Notes: generated from the letters alone by a model not told the origin. A stretch of DNA of 64,000 bases from Octopus bimaculoides (GCF_001194135.2 NC_069003.1:3524951-3588950), one strand, 5' to 3'. Counted from the stretch's first letter, positions 12,901 through 25,885 are shown. Translations and numbers: made by a program.

Positions 12901-15900
12901 CATTTAAGAAATAACGAAAGAACGTAAGTACGTACGAACGAGCAATCGAAAGAATTAAAGAACGAACGTACTTATGTAAGTAAGAACGAACGAATTGACG
13001 AAAGATCTTACGTACGTACGTAAGGTTGAACCAAAGAAATTACGAACGAGCTTACATAGGTACTTACGTAGTTACGTTTGTACGAACGTACGTACGTACG
13101 TACGTAAGAACGAACGAACGAACGAAGGTACGTACATACGAACGTAGGAACGACAGAACGAACGAACGAACGTACGTACGTGCGAAGGAAAGAACGAATG
13201 AACGAACGATCGAAGGAACATAGGTACGAAAGAACGAACGAATGAACTAACAAACGTACGTAGTTACGATCGTACGAACGAACGAACGTACGTAGGCAGG
13301 AAATAGCGAAAGAATGTACGTACGTACAAACGAACGACCGTAAGTACGAAGGAATGAACGAACGTACGTATTTCGTATGCAGGAAATAATGATAGAGGGT
13401 ACCTAACTAAAAACGAACGTTCGTACGTAAAAACGAACGAACGAACGTATGTATGAACGAACAAATGTGCGTACGTACGAACAAAGGAACGTACGTACGT
13501 AGGAACGAACGCACAAACGATCGTACGTACGTAAGAACGAACAAACGAACGTACTTACGTACGAACGTACGGACGAACCAACGAATGTACGCACGTACGA
13601 AGGATCGACCGAACGTACATACGTATGTACGAACGAATAATAGAATGAATGTACGTACGTAAGTACGATCGAACGTACATATATACGTACGTACGAACGA
13701 ACAAATGAACGAACGAACGTATGTAGGCAGTCAAGAAATAACGAAAGAACGTACGTACGAACGAACGTACGTTCAAACGAACAATCGAACGAATTAAAGA
13801 ACGAACGATCGAACGTACGTAAGTACGTACGTACGAATGAAGGAAAGAACGGACGAACGTACGTACGTAGCTGCGTTCGTATGAAAGAACTAACGAACGT
13901 ACGTATATACGAATGAGTGAGCGGGCGTACGTACATACGAATGAAGGAACGAACCAACGGACGAACGAACGAACGAACGTTCGTACGTACGTAGGCAGGA
14001 AATAACGAAAGAACGTACGAACGAACGTACGTATGAACGAACAAACGTGCGCACGTTCCAAAAAACAAACGACCGAACGAACGTACGCAGGTAGGAAGGA
14101 AAAACGGACGTACTTACGTACGTACGTGCTGTCGAACGAACGAACTTACGTACGTATGAACGATCGAACGATTGTACGTACGTATGTACAAACAAATGAA
14201 AGAAGGAACGTACGTACGTAAGTACGAACGAACGTACAAATATACGTACGTAAGTACGAACGAACGTACAAATATACGTACGTACGTACGAACGATTGAA
14301 CGAACGAACGTACGTACGCATTTAAGAAATAACGAAAGAACGTAAGCACGTACGAACGAAGGTACGTACGTACGTAGGCAGGAAATAACGAATGGACGTA
14401 CGTACGTACGTACGAACTAACGTACGGACGTATTACGTAGGCAGGAATTTACGAAAGAACGTACGTACGAGAAAAAGGAACGAACGAACGAAAGTACGTA
14501 TGTACGTACATACGAAAGAACGAACGAACGATCGTACGTACGTAAATACGTACGTAGCATCGACCGTAAGAACGAACGTCGGTACGTACGAATGAACGAA
14601 CGATCGAACAAACATACGTACGAACAAACGAACGAACGTACGTACGAACAAACGAATGAACGAAGGAACGAACGTACGTAGGCAGGAAATAACGAAAGAA
14701 TAACGTATTTACGATCGTACGAACGAACGTACGTAGGCAGGAATTAGCGAAAGTACGAACGAACGAACGAACGTACGTACGAACGAACGTAAGTACGAAG
14801 GAATGAACGAACGTACGTATTACGTAGGCAGGAAATAACGAAAGAGCGTACCTAACTAAAAACGAACGTGCGTACGTAAAAACGAACGAACGTACGAACG
14901 AACGAACGTATGTATGAACGAACAAATGTGTGTACTTACGAACAAATGAACAAACGTACTGTTGTAAGTAAGAACGAACGAATTAACGACCGATCGTACG
15001 CACGTACGTACAAATGAACGAAAGAACGGAGGAACGAAAGAACGAACAAACGAAAGAATGATCGAACGTAGTACGTACGTAGTTACGTTCGTAAGAACGA
15101 ACGAACAAACGTACGTACGTACGAACAAACGTAAGTAAGAACGAACGAATTAACGAACGATCATACGTACGTACGAAAGAACGAACGTACGAACGAACGA
15201 TCGGACGTACGTAAATACATACGTAGCATCGACCGAAAGAACGAACGTACATACGTACGAATGAACGATCGAACAAACAAACATACGAACGAACGAACGA
15301 ACGTTCGTACGAACGAACGTACGTACGAATGAACGAAGGAACGAACGTACGTAGGCAGGAAATAACGGAAGAACGTGTGTATTACGTAGGAAGGAAATAC
15401 CGAAAGAACTTTCGTACGAATATACATATGAACGAAAAAAGTGCGAACGAACGAACGAAATTACGTGCGTACGTATGAACGACCGAACGTACGTACGTAT
15501 GTACGAACGAATGAATGAACGAACGTACGTACGTTAGTACGAACGAGCGCACATATATAAGTACGCACGTACGAACGATTGAACGAAAGAACGTACGTAC
15601 GAACGAACGTACGTACAAACAAAAGTACGTAAGCAGGCAAGAAATAACGAAAGAACGTACGTACGTAAGAACGAACAACCGAACGAAGTAAAGAACGAAC
15701 GATCGTACGTACATACGTACGTACGTACGAACGAACGAACGTGCGTACGTACGTAGGCAGGAAATAACGAATGAACGTACGAACGAACGAATAAATGAAC
15801 GAACGTACGAACGAACGAACATACGTATGTTCGTAAGAGCGAACCAACGCACAAACGAATAAACTTACGTACGTACTTATGTCCGAACGAACGAACGTAC

Positions 15901-18900
15901 GTACGTACGTACGAACGAACGTACGTACGTACGTACGTACGAACGAACGAACGAACCTACGTACGAACAAACGAACGTACGATGGCACGAAATAAAGAAA
16001 GAACGTACGAACGAAGAAACGAGCAAACAAACGAACGTGCATATGTACGTTGGCAGGAAATAACTAAAGAAAGTACAAACGAACGAACGAATGAATGAAT
16101 GAACGAACGAACGAACGAACATACGTACGTACGTAAGAACAAACGAACGAATAAACGTACGTACGTACGAACGAAGGAACGAACGTACTTACGTACGGAC
16201 GTACGTATTAACGAACAAAGGAACGAACGTAGTTACGTACGGATGAAAGAACGAACTTTCGAACGTACGTACGTACGAACAAACGTACATATATTCGTAC
16301 CGACGTTCGTTCGTACGATCGTTCGTACATACGTACGTACGTAGGCAGGAAATAACGAAAGAACGTACTAACGAACGTACGTACGAACGAACATACGTAC
16401 AAACGAACGTATGTACGTATTACGTAGGCAGGAATTAACGAAAGAACGTACTACTTACGAAAGAAGAAACGAACGTACGTACGGACGGACGAACGAACAT
16501 ACGTACGTACGTAGGTATGAACGATCGAACGAACGTACTACGTATATACGAACGAACGAACGTACGAACGACCATACGTACGAACAAACGTACGTACGAA
16601 CGAACATACGTACAAACGAACGTATGTACGTATTACGTAGGTAGGAATTAACGAAAGAACGTACGTACGAAAGAAGAAGCGAACGTACGTACGTAAGTTG
16701 GAAGGAACGAACGAACGAACTAACGTACGTAAGTACGAACGAACGTGCGTACGTATTAGGTAGACAAGAAATATCCAAAGAANNNNNNNNNNNNNNNNNN
16801 NNNNNNNNNNNNNNNNNNNNNNNNNNNNNNNNNNNNNNNNNNNNNNNNNNNNNNNNNNNNNNNNNNNNNNNNNNNNNNNNNNTTCGTCCGTACGTACATA
16901 CGTATGAAGGATCGAACGAACGAACATACGTATGTACAAACGAATGGAAGAACGAACGTACGTACGTAAGTACGAACGAACGTACATATATACGTACGTA
17001 CGAATGAACGATAGAACGAACGAACGTACGTTTGTTGGCACGTACGAACCTACGTTCTTTCGTTAATTCCTGCCTACGTAGTACGTTCGTTGGTACATTC
17101 GTTCGTACGTTCGTTCGTCTATATGTTCGTTCCAACGTTCGTTCTTTCGTTCGTTCGTTCGTTCATTCCTTCGTACGTACGTTCGTTCTTTCCTACGTAC
17201 CTTATGTATGTACGTTCGTTCGTTTGTTGGTTCGTTCTTACGAACGTAACTACGTACGTACTACGTTCGTTCATTCTTTCGTTTGTTCGTACGTACGCAA
17301 GTTTGTTCGTTCAAACGTACGTTCGTTCGTTATTTCCTGCCTACGTACGTACGTTCAATCGTTTGTTCTTTCGTTTGTTCGTTCGTATGTGCGTTCGTTT
17401 GTTCCTGCGTTCGTTGGTACGTACGTATGCACTACGTACGTTGGTTTGTTCGTTCGTACGTGTGTTTGTTCGATCGTTCGTTCGTTCGTTTGTTCGTTCG
17501 TTCATTCGTACGTAACTACGTACGTAATTACGTTGTTCGTTCTTTAGTTCTATCGTTCATTTGCACGTATGTGCGTACGATCGTTCGTTAATTTGTTTGT
17601 TCTTACTTACGTATGTACGTTCGTTCTTTAATTCGTTCGATTGTTCATTCGTACGTACGTTCGTTCGTACGTACGACCGTTCTTTTGTTATTTCGTGCCT
17701 GCGTACGTACATTCCTACGTACGTACGTTCGTTCGTTCAATCGTTCGTACGTACGTACGTATATATGTACGTTTGTTCGTACTTACGTACGTACGTTCGT
17801 TCTTTCATTCGTTCGTACATACGTACGTACGTTCGTTCGATCGGTCATACGTACGTCCCTACGTATGTGCGTAAGTACGTTCGTTTGTTCGTTCGTATGA
17901 ACGTACGTTCGTTTGTTCGTTCGTTCCTTCGTACGTACGTAAGTACGTTCGTTCGTTCGTTCGTACGATCTTAACTACGTACGTACGTACGTTCGTTCGT
18001 TCTTTCGTTCCTTCGTTCATTCATTCGTACGTACGATCTCTCGTTAATTCGTTCGTTCTTACTTACGTAAGTACGTTCTTTCTGTTGTTCGTTCGTACGT
18101 ACCTATATACGTACGTACGTTCTTCCGTTCGTACTTACGATCGTTTGTACGTTCGTTCGTTTCCTCGTTCGTACGTACGTACGAATGCCTGTTTTTTCGC
18201 TCGTTCGTTCGTTCTTTCATTAGTTCATTCGTACGTACGTTTGTTCTTTCGTTTTTTCTTCATACGTACGTTTTTCCTTTATACGTACGTATTTTCATTC
18301 GTTCGCTCATTCATTCTTTTGTTCGTTCGTTCGTACGTACGTTCGTCTGTTCATTTGTACGTACGTATGGACGTATAAACGTTCGTTCGCTGAATCGTTC
18401 GTTCGTTCGTTCGTTTGTTCATACGTACGAACGTACGTTCGTTATTTCGTTCATACGTTCCTCCGCACGTACGTTTGTTCGTTCGTACGTACTTTCCTTC
18501 GTTAATTCCTGCTTACGTAATGCGTAAGTACGTTCGTTCGTACGTACGTTCTTTCGTTCGTACATGTGTTCGTTCGTTCGTTAGTTCGGTTGTTCATTCG
18601 TTCGTACGTACGTACGTTCGTTCGTATGTACGTACGTTTGTTCGTTTGTTCCGACGAACGTAACTACGTGCGTACGTACGTTCGTTCGTTCCTTCCTTCC
18701 TTCATTTGTACGTACGTACGATCTTTCGTTAATTCGTTCGTTCGTTCTTACGTTTGTTCTTTAATTCGTTCGATTGTTCGTTCGTACGTACGTAAGTTTT
18801 TCGTTCATCCGTTCGTACGTACGTAATTACGTTCCTTTGTTCGTTCGTTCGTACGTACGTACGTTCGTTCGTACGCACGTACGTTCTTTTGTTATTTCCT

Positions 18901-20150
18901 GCCTACGTAGTACGTTCGTTCTTTCGTTTATTCGTATGTACGTACGTCCGCTCGTTCGTCCGGCTGCTGCTACGTACGCATGTACGTACGTTCGTTCGGT
19001 TGTTCCTACGTACGTTATGTACGTNNNNNNNNNNNNNNNNNNNNNNNNNNNNNNNNNNNNNNNNNNNNNNNNNNNNNNNNNNNNNNNNNNNNNNNNNNNN
19101 NNNNNNNNNNNNNNNNNNNNNNNNNNNNNNNNNNNNNNNNNNNNNNNNNNNNNNNNNNNNNNNNNNNNNNNNNNNNNNNNNNNNNNNNNNNNNNNNNNNN
19201 NNNNNNNNNNNNNNNNNNNNNNNNNNNNNNNNNNNNNNNNNNNNNNNNNNNNNNNNNNNNNNNNNNNNNNNNNNNNNNNNNNNNNNNNNNNNNNNNNNNN
19301 NNNNNNNNNNNNNNNNNNNNNNNNNNNNNNNNNNNNNNNNNNNNNNNNNNNNNNNNNNNNNNNNNNNNNNNNNNNNNNNNNNNNNNNNNNNNNNNNNNNN
19401 NNCGTTCGTTTGTTCGTACGTACGTTTGTTCGTCCGTACTTACGTACGTTCTTTCGTTATTTCCTGCCTACGTATATGTACGTTCGTTCGTTCATTCCTT
19501 CGTACGTACATTCGTTCGTACGTAAATACGTTCTTTTGTTATTTCCTGCCTACGTACGTACGTTCGTTCTTTCGTTTATTCGTATGTACGTACGTCTGCT
19601 CGTTCGGCCGGCTGCTGCTACGTACGCATGTACGTACGTTCGTTCGTTCGTTCTTTCATACGAACGTAACTACGTACGTACGTTCGTTCTTTCGTTCTTT
19701 CCTGCATTCGTACGTTCGATCGTTCGTTAATTTGTTCGTTCTTACTTACGTAAGTACGTTCGTTCTTTAATTCGTTCGATCGTACGTACGTACGTTCTTT
19801 CGTAATTTCTTGACTGCGTACGTTCGTTCGTTCTTTCGTTCATTCGCACGTATGTGCGTACCATCGTTCGTTCGTTCTTACCTACGTAAATACGTTCGTT
19901 CTTTAATTCGTTCCATTGTTTTTTCGTACGTACGTGCGTTCTTTCTTGCCTGCGTACTTACATTCGTTCGTTCGTACGTACGTACGTATATATGTACGTT
20001 TGTTCGTACTTACGTACGTTCTTTCATTCGTTCGTACATACGTTCGTTCGTTCATACGTCCGGAGGTTCGTTCGTTCGTCCGTAAGTACGTTTGTTCGTT
20101 CGTACGATCGTAACTACGTACATCCCTTCTTTCATTCATTCGTACGTACA
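6918..20150. repeat. ~13.2 kb complex CpG-rich (ACGT/ACGA)n satellite with higher-order motifs and internal inversion
   Basis: Continuous cgta/cgaa units; near-pure 12-mer (CGTACGTACGAA)n at about 12340-12760; recurrent non-core motifs; orientation changes to cgta/ttcg after about 17030. Interrupted by gaps 16783-16882 and 19025-19402. Confidence 0.97.
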
Positions 20151-20183
20151 CCTGACAGGAAGAGGTCCAGCCTTGTCTTGAAA

Positions 20184-20454
20184 TATATATATATACATTT
20201 ATTTGTATAAATATATATATATTCATATATATTCATTTATATAAATATATATATATATATTCATTCATATATTTATATAAATATATATTTATCTCTATAT
20301 CTCTTTCTCTCGCTTTTTATTTCTGTCTTTCTCTCTCCATGGCTCATTATACTTTTCACTCTGTTGCTCGCTCTCTCTCTCTATATATATATAGATAAAT
20401 ATATATATAAATGGTGGAATGAGAGAGAGAGAGAGAGAAATAGAGAGAGGGAGA

Positions 20455-20514
<60 letters not shown>

Positions 20515-20517
20515 TAT

Positions 20518-20565
<48 letters not shown>
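20184..20565. repeat. (TA)n/(GA)n/(CA)n compound microsatellite
   Basis: Direct inspection. Confidence 0.9.
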
Positions 20566-21138
20566 NNNNNNNNNNNNNNNNNNNNNNNNNNNNNNNNNNN
20601 NNNNNNNNNNNNNNNNNNNNNNNNNNNNNNNNNNNNNNNNNNNNNNNNNNNNNNNNNNNNNNNNNNNNNNNNNNNNNNNNNNNNNNNNNNNNNNNNNNNN
20701 NNNNNNNNNNNNNNNNNNNNNNNNNNNNNNNNNNNNNNNNNNNNNNNNNNNNNNNNNNNNNNNNNNNNNNNNNNNNNNNNNNNNNNNNNNNNNNNNNNNN
20801 NNNNNNNNNNNNNNNNNNNNNNNNNNNNNNNNNNNNNNNNNNNNNNNNNNNNNNNNNNNNNNNNNNNNNNNNNNNNNNNNNNNNNNNNNNNNNNNNNNNN
20901 NNNNNNNNNNNNNNNNNNNNNNNNNNNNNNNNNNNNNNNNNNNNNNNNNNNNNNNNNNNNNNNNNNNNNTTATTTAAAAGTGTTAGCAATGGTTGAGTTT
21001 GGGTTTATATTTTTGAATGAAGAAGGTTTCCTTATTCAATCTAATTTGTGTTGGTGTATTAATGGCACATTGATAGAATGGAAAGATTATAAATTGTGGT
21101 AGCATTTGTTTTGCGCATGTCTCAATATGCTCACTAAA

Positions 21139-21156
21139 GGGTTAGGGTTAGGGTTA
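21139..21156 (+). repeat. Three copies of GGGTTA (TTAGGG telomere-type hexamer)
   Basis: gggttagggttagggtta. Confidence 0.5.
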
Positions 21157-21272
21157 TATATATATATAGAGAGATTTAATCAAAAGATTAAATGTGGTAC
21201 TTAAAATGCTTGAGGCACCAGAATTTGGTAGGATAAAAACCAAAAACAAAATCAAGAGATTTGGTGAATACA

Positions 21273-21330
21273 ATTTGAAGTTAAGCAACAAAAGAATTCA
21301 ACCCATTGAATTTTTGTTGCTTAACTTCAA

Positions 21331-21332
<2 letters not shown>
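21273..21332. other. 60-nt inverted repeat / hairpin
   Basis: atttgaagttaagcaacaaaa (21 nt) pairs perfectly with ttttgttgcttaacttcaaat, followed by a 2-nt bulge, a 6-bp stem and a 4-nt loop (ccca, 21302-21305). Confidence 0.8.
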
Positions 21333-21379
<47 letters not shown>

Positions 21380-21609
21380 AAGAGAGAAATAGTTAGTGAG
21401 AGAAAGAGAGGGAGAGAGAGAAAGAAAGAGATAGAGAGAGAAAGAAAGAAATAGAGAGAGAGAGAGAGAAAGAAAGAGAAAACGAGAGAGTGAGAAAGAA
21501 GAGAGAGAGAGAGAGAAAGAGAGAGCACGTATAGATATATATAATTCAAATATTTTGCTAAATGCTGGTAGTTGCTGCTGCTTAGTGTTGACAAGTATTG
21601 GTTATTGCT

Positions 21610-21710
21610 TTGTCGTAGTCGTTGTAGTTGTTGGTGTGGCTTTAGGACATCCTGCAGTTCATACCTGTGATCAATGCATTCCAGCTGTGAATATACCGTA
21701 TCTTTTCCTT
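21610..21710. mobile_element. Short interspersed repeat abutting (GTT/GGT)n runs; related copies at about 24735-24810, 45190-45250 and 49380-49470
   Basis: Shared pattern gttgctatttaa...cattccagcYRtgacc directly after GTT/GGT repeats, all in the same orientation. Copies are highly diverged. Confidence 0.45.
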
Positions 21711-22109
21711 ATGCACTGAGATGAATGCGCTTTTATTAAACCAAGGGCAATACACTGCAAAATTATTAAAAGAAGACATGAAATAGCAAGGAAGATTAAA
21801 AACTACACTGCGTGAGTCATACAGGATCTGGATAATGAATGCTTGTTATTGTTTTTCTCGTGGTGGTAGTTATTAACACCAGATCTGTTCGTATCTAGAA
21901 GACCAGTCAACAATTTATATCCAGCTGTGTTCATCGTTGCTTCAATTGAGTGCAAGTAACTTAGCACATTATTAACAATTATATAAATGTTCTTGGTAGA
22001 ATGCTGCTGTATTGTCTGACACTCGTCCTTGCAACAGGAAATTTAATGGAATGGAAAACTAGGAAACGGTAATAATAATGATCCTTTCCACTAAAGGCAG
22101 ATGGACTGA

Positions 22110-22507
22110 ACTTTTGGAAGGGTAGGAAAAAGTGTATTACATCAACCCCCTGTGCTTAGCTGGTACTTATTTTATCCATCCACGAAATGATGAATTTCAA
22201 AGTCGACCTCGGCGGAATTTGAACTTCGAACGTGCAGACGGACGAAATACCGCTATTTATCCCGGTGCTCTAACTATTCTGCCAGCCCGCTCCCTTAGTC
22301 AGCATCATTAATCATTTTTACTGTAGGTTAAAGACCTGAATCTTGTGGAGAGGGGGTCAGTAGATTACATCGACCCGAGTACTCAGCTGATACTTACTGA
22401 AAGGCAGAGTCGACCTCGGCGGAATTTGAACTTAGAACATGCAGACGAACGAAATACTGCTAAACATTTCACCCGGCGTGCTAAGTGTTTTGCCAGCTTT
22501 CCCCCTT
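22110..22507 (-). mobile_element. Two tandem family-A SINE copies (22110-22297, 22325-22507)
   Basis: Each has gtcgacctcggcggaatttgaact...acgaaatac...ccggYgYgcta...tgccagc. Confidence 0.85.
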
Positions 22508-22755
22508 AGTCAACATTAATAATAATAATAAAATGAAATGTTTAGCTATTTTAGGAGAGTGGATAAATCGAACCCACGACCCCAATATTTAACCTCTGAC
22601 TGCTAATATGCACATTCGAAAACGATGAGGATTTTATGCCTGATATCAAAGTATAGAAAATTCATATGCAATCATATGGATGTGATGAAAAGGATTCTGA
22701 AGTTTCGACAAAAGCTCTTCATCTGAGAGAGAAAATAACTACTAACAATATCTAT

Positions 22756-22918
22756 AGGCACATGAGTGGCTATGTGGCAAGTAGCTTGCTTACCAACCAC
22801 ATGGTTCTGGTTTCAGTCCCACTGCGTGTCACCTTGGTCAAGTGTCTTCTACTATGGCCTTGGACTGACTAAAGCCTTGTGAGTGGATTTGGTAGACAGA
22901 AAGTGAAAGAAGCCCGTC

Positions 22919-22949
<31 letters not shown>

Positions 22950-23185
22950 CATATTTGTGTGTGTGTCTGTGTTTTACCCCACCACCACCATCGCTTGACG
23001 CAAACACACCGATGTCGGTGTGTTTACGTCTACGTAATTTACCATTTCGGCAATAAGAGACCAATAGAATAATTACTATGCTTACGAAAAGAATAACTCC
23101 TGGGGGTCGACTTGTCCGACTAAAAGACGGTGCTCCAGCATGGCTGCAGTCAAAATATCTGAAACAAGTAAAAGATCAAAAGAAC
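22756..23185 (+). mobile_element. Near full-length family-B tRNA-derived SINE
   Basis: A-box-like gtggctatgtggcaag, B-box-like ggtttcagtccc, internal (TA)/(TG) tract, 3' tail gtttacgtc...ggtgctccagcatggctgcagtc...gaaacaagtaaaaga. Confidence 0.9.
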
Positions 23186-24961
23186 AGAAACACAGGCATT
23201 TTGAGTAGAATATATTTCTCTGTTGAGAACAAATAAGATTGACACATACCCGTTACTTTTACTAGTTTTTTTTTTTCTTTTAATGAGAACCGATCCCAGA
23301 CCCCATTGGCTTTAATTTCACAAAACCTCTTTTATTTAATGTTATTTCAATTATTTCCCTTGGTTCTTGTTTGTAGAGTTTTGTCTCCCAACGTCACGGA
23401 TAATTTCATAACAGATCTTATATATTTCATTTGTGTAATATATAAGATACTATATTACGTTCGTGTGAATCTAGCCTATAGTTAGTATGATCCATTTTTA
23501 TATATGATCAAGACCGATATCGATATAACTGTTATATTGAACATATTTTCAAATGCTTCGACGCGGGTTCGGTTCCCATCCTCAATAATTATATCTCACT
23601 TCACTTTCTATATACCTGCCAAAACAAGGTCAATTATTGCACAACTTTAAATTGCTATGAAATTCTGATATTATTTCTGTCATTAAAATGTGACAGAAGC
23701 CGCCACTGTGCAGGCTTCCTTAATTTAAGGTATCTGACAATAAAAACCTTAAAGGATGGTCGGTCGGTCGAGATAATCGATTGACACAACAGTCTCATAG
23801 TCTCCTTCAAATCACAGCCTACGTCTTTAGAATAAATAATGAGGTATTATTTTCTGTTAGCCCTGTTCGAGCCTGTAACACACAGACCTACAGTCGAATA
23901 ATATACGCTAACCACAAAATCTTTTATCCAGATATACAATACCCACGTCTGTCTCGGATCTCGTACTGCATGTTTCACCACTTAGTGGTTGATCCTGACA
24001 AGTTGCAATGTGGCGCTTTATACACGATACACCCGCTCTACAGCCTGTCTGTGTAACGGTTGCACTTTCGAAGTAACCCATGATATAGAAACTAGCAACG
24101 AAACGATTAAAAGCAATCCATAGATATATGGTTCCAGATATTCCATTCTTCTGTGTAGATGGAAGCTATAAACGCACAATGCGACATGCTGCAAAGAATC
24201 ACATGCTATGTAGAGTGACAGCCTGAATATCTAAACAAAACTATTTGATTGATAAGGGTATTTAAACAGCACCTTGTTACCAGCCGACAGACCCGTTTAA
24301 TACAAGAGAAATCGATTAATTGAGTCTATGAAATGCTTAATGCGTTAAATAAATGAAGGATGGGTCTGTCAACATGAGAGATTTAGCATTTGTGATAAAG
24401 TTTTGAAAGCAATGCTTACAACATCTGTCTGCAACAACTTCCGCTCAGATTTCCACGTCAAATAATTGCGTTTACTCTGTTGGTGAGACATCGGATCTCG
24501 TGAGTAACATCATAAATTTAATTCCTTCTCGTTTAGAAATATCGGTTGTTCGTTGCTGCTGTTGGGTTTGTTGTTGTTTTTGGTTGATGTTATAATAATA
24601 GTGGTCGTTGTTGTTGTTGTGGTTGCTGTTGTTTGTTTGTTGTTGGCCGTGACACTTGCCGTCTTTCGTTGTACTTGTTGCCTCCCCTTAGTTTTGTCTT
24701 TTTTCTCTTTCTAGTTGCCGGTGTTGTTTTGATTGTTGGTTATTCTCATGCCAAACCAGATGAAACAGAGTAATCATCAAAATCGTTCCAGCCATGACCA
24801 TGCAGCTGTTGTTCAATTAATGGTATATTCGTTTCAATCAATTATGTGGTGGACTGAGAACATTTAGAATCGTGAGCAAAATACATAACAGTATCTATTG
24901 CAGAAAAAAACTTCGGAGCTCAATTCTTCTGAGCGATTACAGTCCTAACAAGGGTCATATC

Positions 24962-25180
24962 ATTTCTTTATTGCCCACAAGGGGCTAAAGATACAGGGTA
25001 CAAACGAGAACAGACAAAGGGATTAAGTCGATTACGTAATTGGTACTTATTTAATCGATCTCAAAGGATAAAAGGGTAAGTCGACCTCAGCGGAATTTGA
25101 AAACACAACGTAACGGCAGACGAATTACCACTAAGCATTTCGTCCGGCGTGCTAACGATTCTGCCAGCTCACCGCCCTTA
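24962..25180 (-). mobile_element. Family-A SINE, near full length
   Basis: tttctttattgcccacaagggg...gtcgacctcagcggaatttg...cggcgtgctaacgattctgccagctcaccgcc. Confidence 0.85.
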
Positions 25181-25719
25181 CAAGGGCCATATTATCGTCA
25201 TTCGAGGTCATGAGATCTGGGTTCAAGGAGAATCAGGACAGAGAGTGATATTGGTATTTCCCTTCCTTCCGTCAGAACTTACATCATCTGACCATAATTG
25301 TCTCATTTATGCAATAACTTTTTGGAGAGAAAAAACAAAACAAAAACTAAATGTAGGGATCGAACTAGCGACGCATTTTTCACATACATCAAACGTAGTG
25401 GCAAATAAGCCCTCACAGCGTGGTTGAGAAAACATGGAAACCTTCTCGGCAGCGGCAAAACTCCGTCAATGTCAATGCTGTCATAGTAAAAGCCGTCACC
25501 GTTGCTGACGACGAAGTATTTCGCTAGACACCCATGTCTCGTTCATTTTATTGAAAAAAAATGTTTAGAGGTTTGATTTAAGAGAAGTTTCGTTGTTAAT
25601 TCAAGAAGTTATCATGACCAAGTAGACACCTGGTCCACATCAGTCATTGAATGAATTATTAGAGTTTCTGATTTATGCTAGCTGCCGGTATTGAATATGT
25701 GGAATTTGTTACAACGAGG

Positions 25720-25885
25720 ACTGGGGGGACAGAGAGAGAGAAATCGAAAGAGGGAGAGAGATCGAAAGAAGGGGAGAGATTGAAAGAGAGAGAGAGGACG
25801 AAAGAAAGGTAGAGAAAGATCGAAAGAAAGGAAGAGAAACATCGAAAGAAAGGAAGAGAGAGAGAGTGAGAGAAAGAAAGAAATT
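25720..25885 (+). repeat. Purine-rich minisatellite (about 20-nt unit with atcgaaaga) in (GA)n
   Basis: About six recurrences of (a)tcgaaaga separated by GA-rich spacers. Confidence 0.7.

Noticed and set aside
6918-20150. Bacterial or viral contamination as the source of the CpG-rich block
   Set aside because: No coding structure, and the right end runs contiguously into host-type (TA)n sequence at about 20150-20200.
6604-20226. Dozens of long YVRT/FVRS/TNER-rich ORFs (up to 399 aa) on both strands
   Set aside because: ACGT/ACGA 4-mer repeats are nearly stop-free in all frames. The ORFs overlap on both strands with no domain content and are artefacts of the satellite.
22756-22850. tRNA-like A/B boxes in SINE heads (also 38297-38329, 38871-38935)
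   Set aside because: They do not fold into a complete cloverleaf and continue into SINE body sequence, so they are not tRNA genes.
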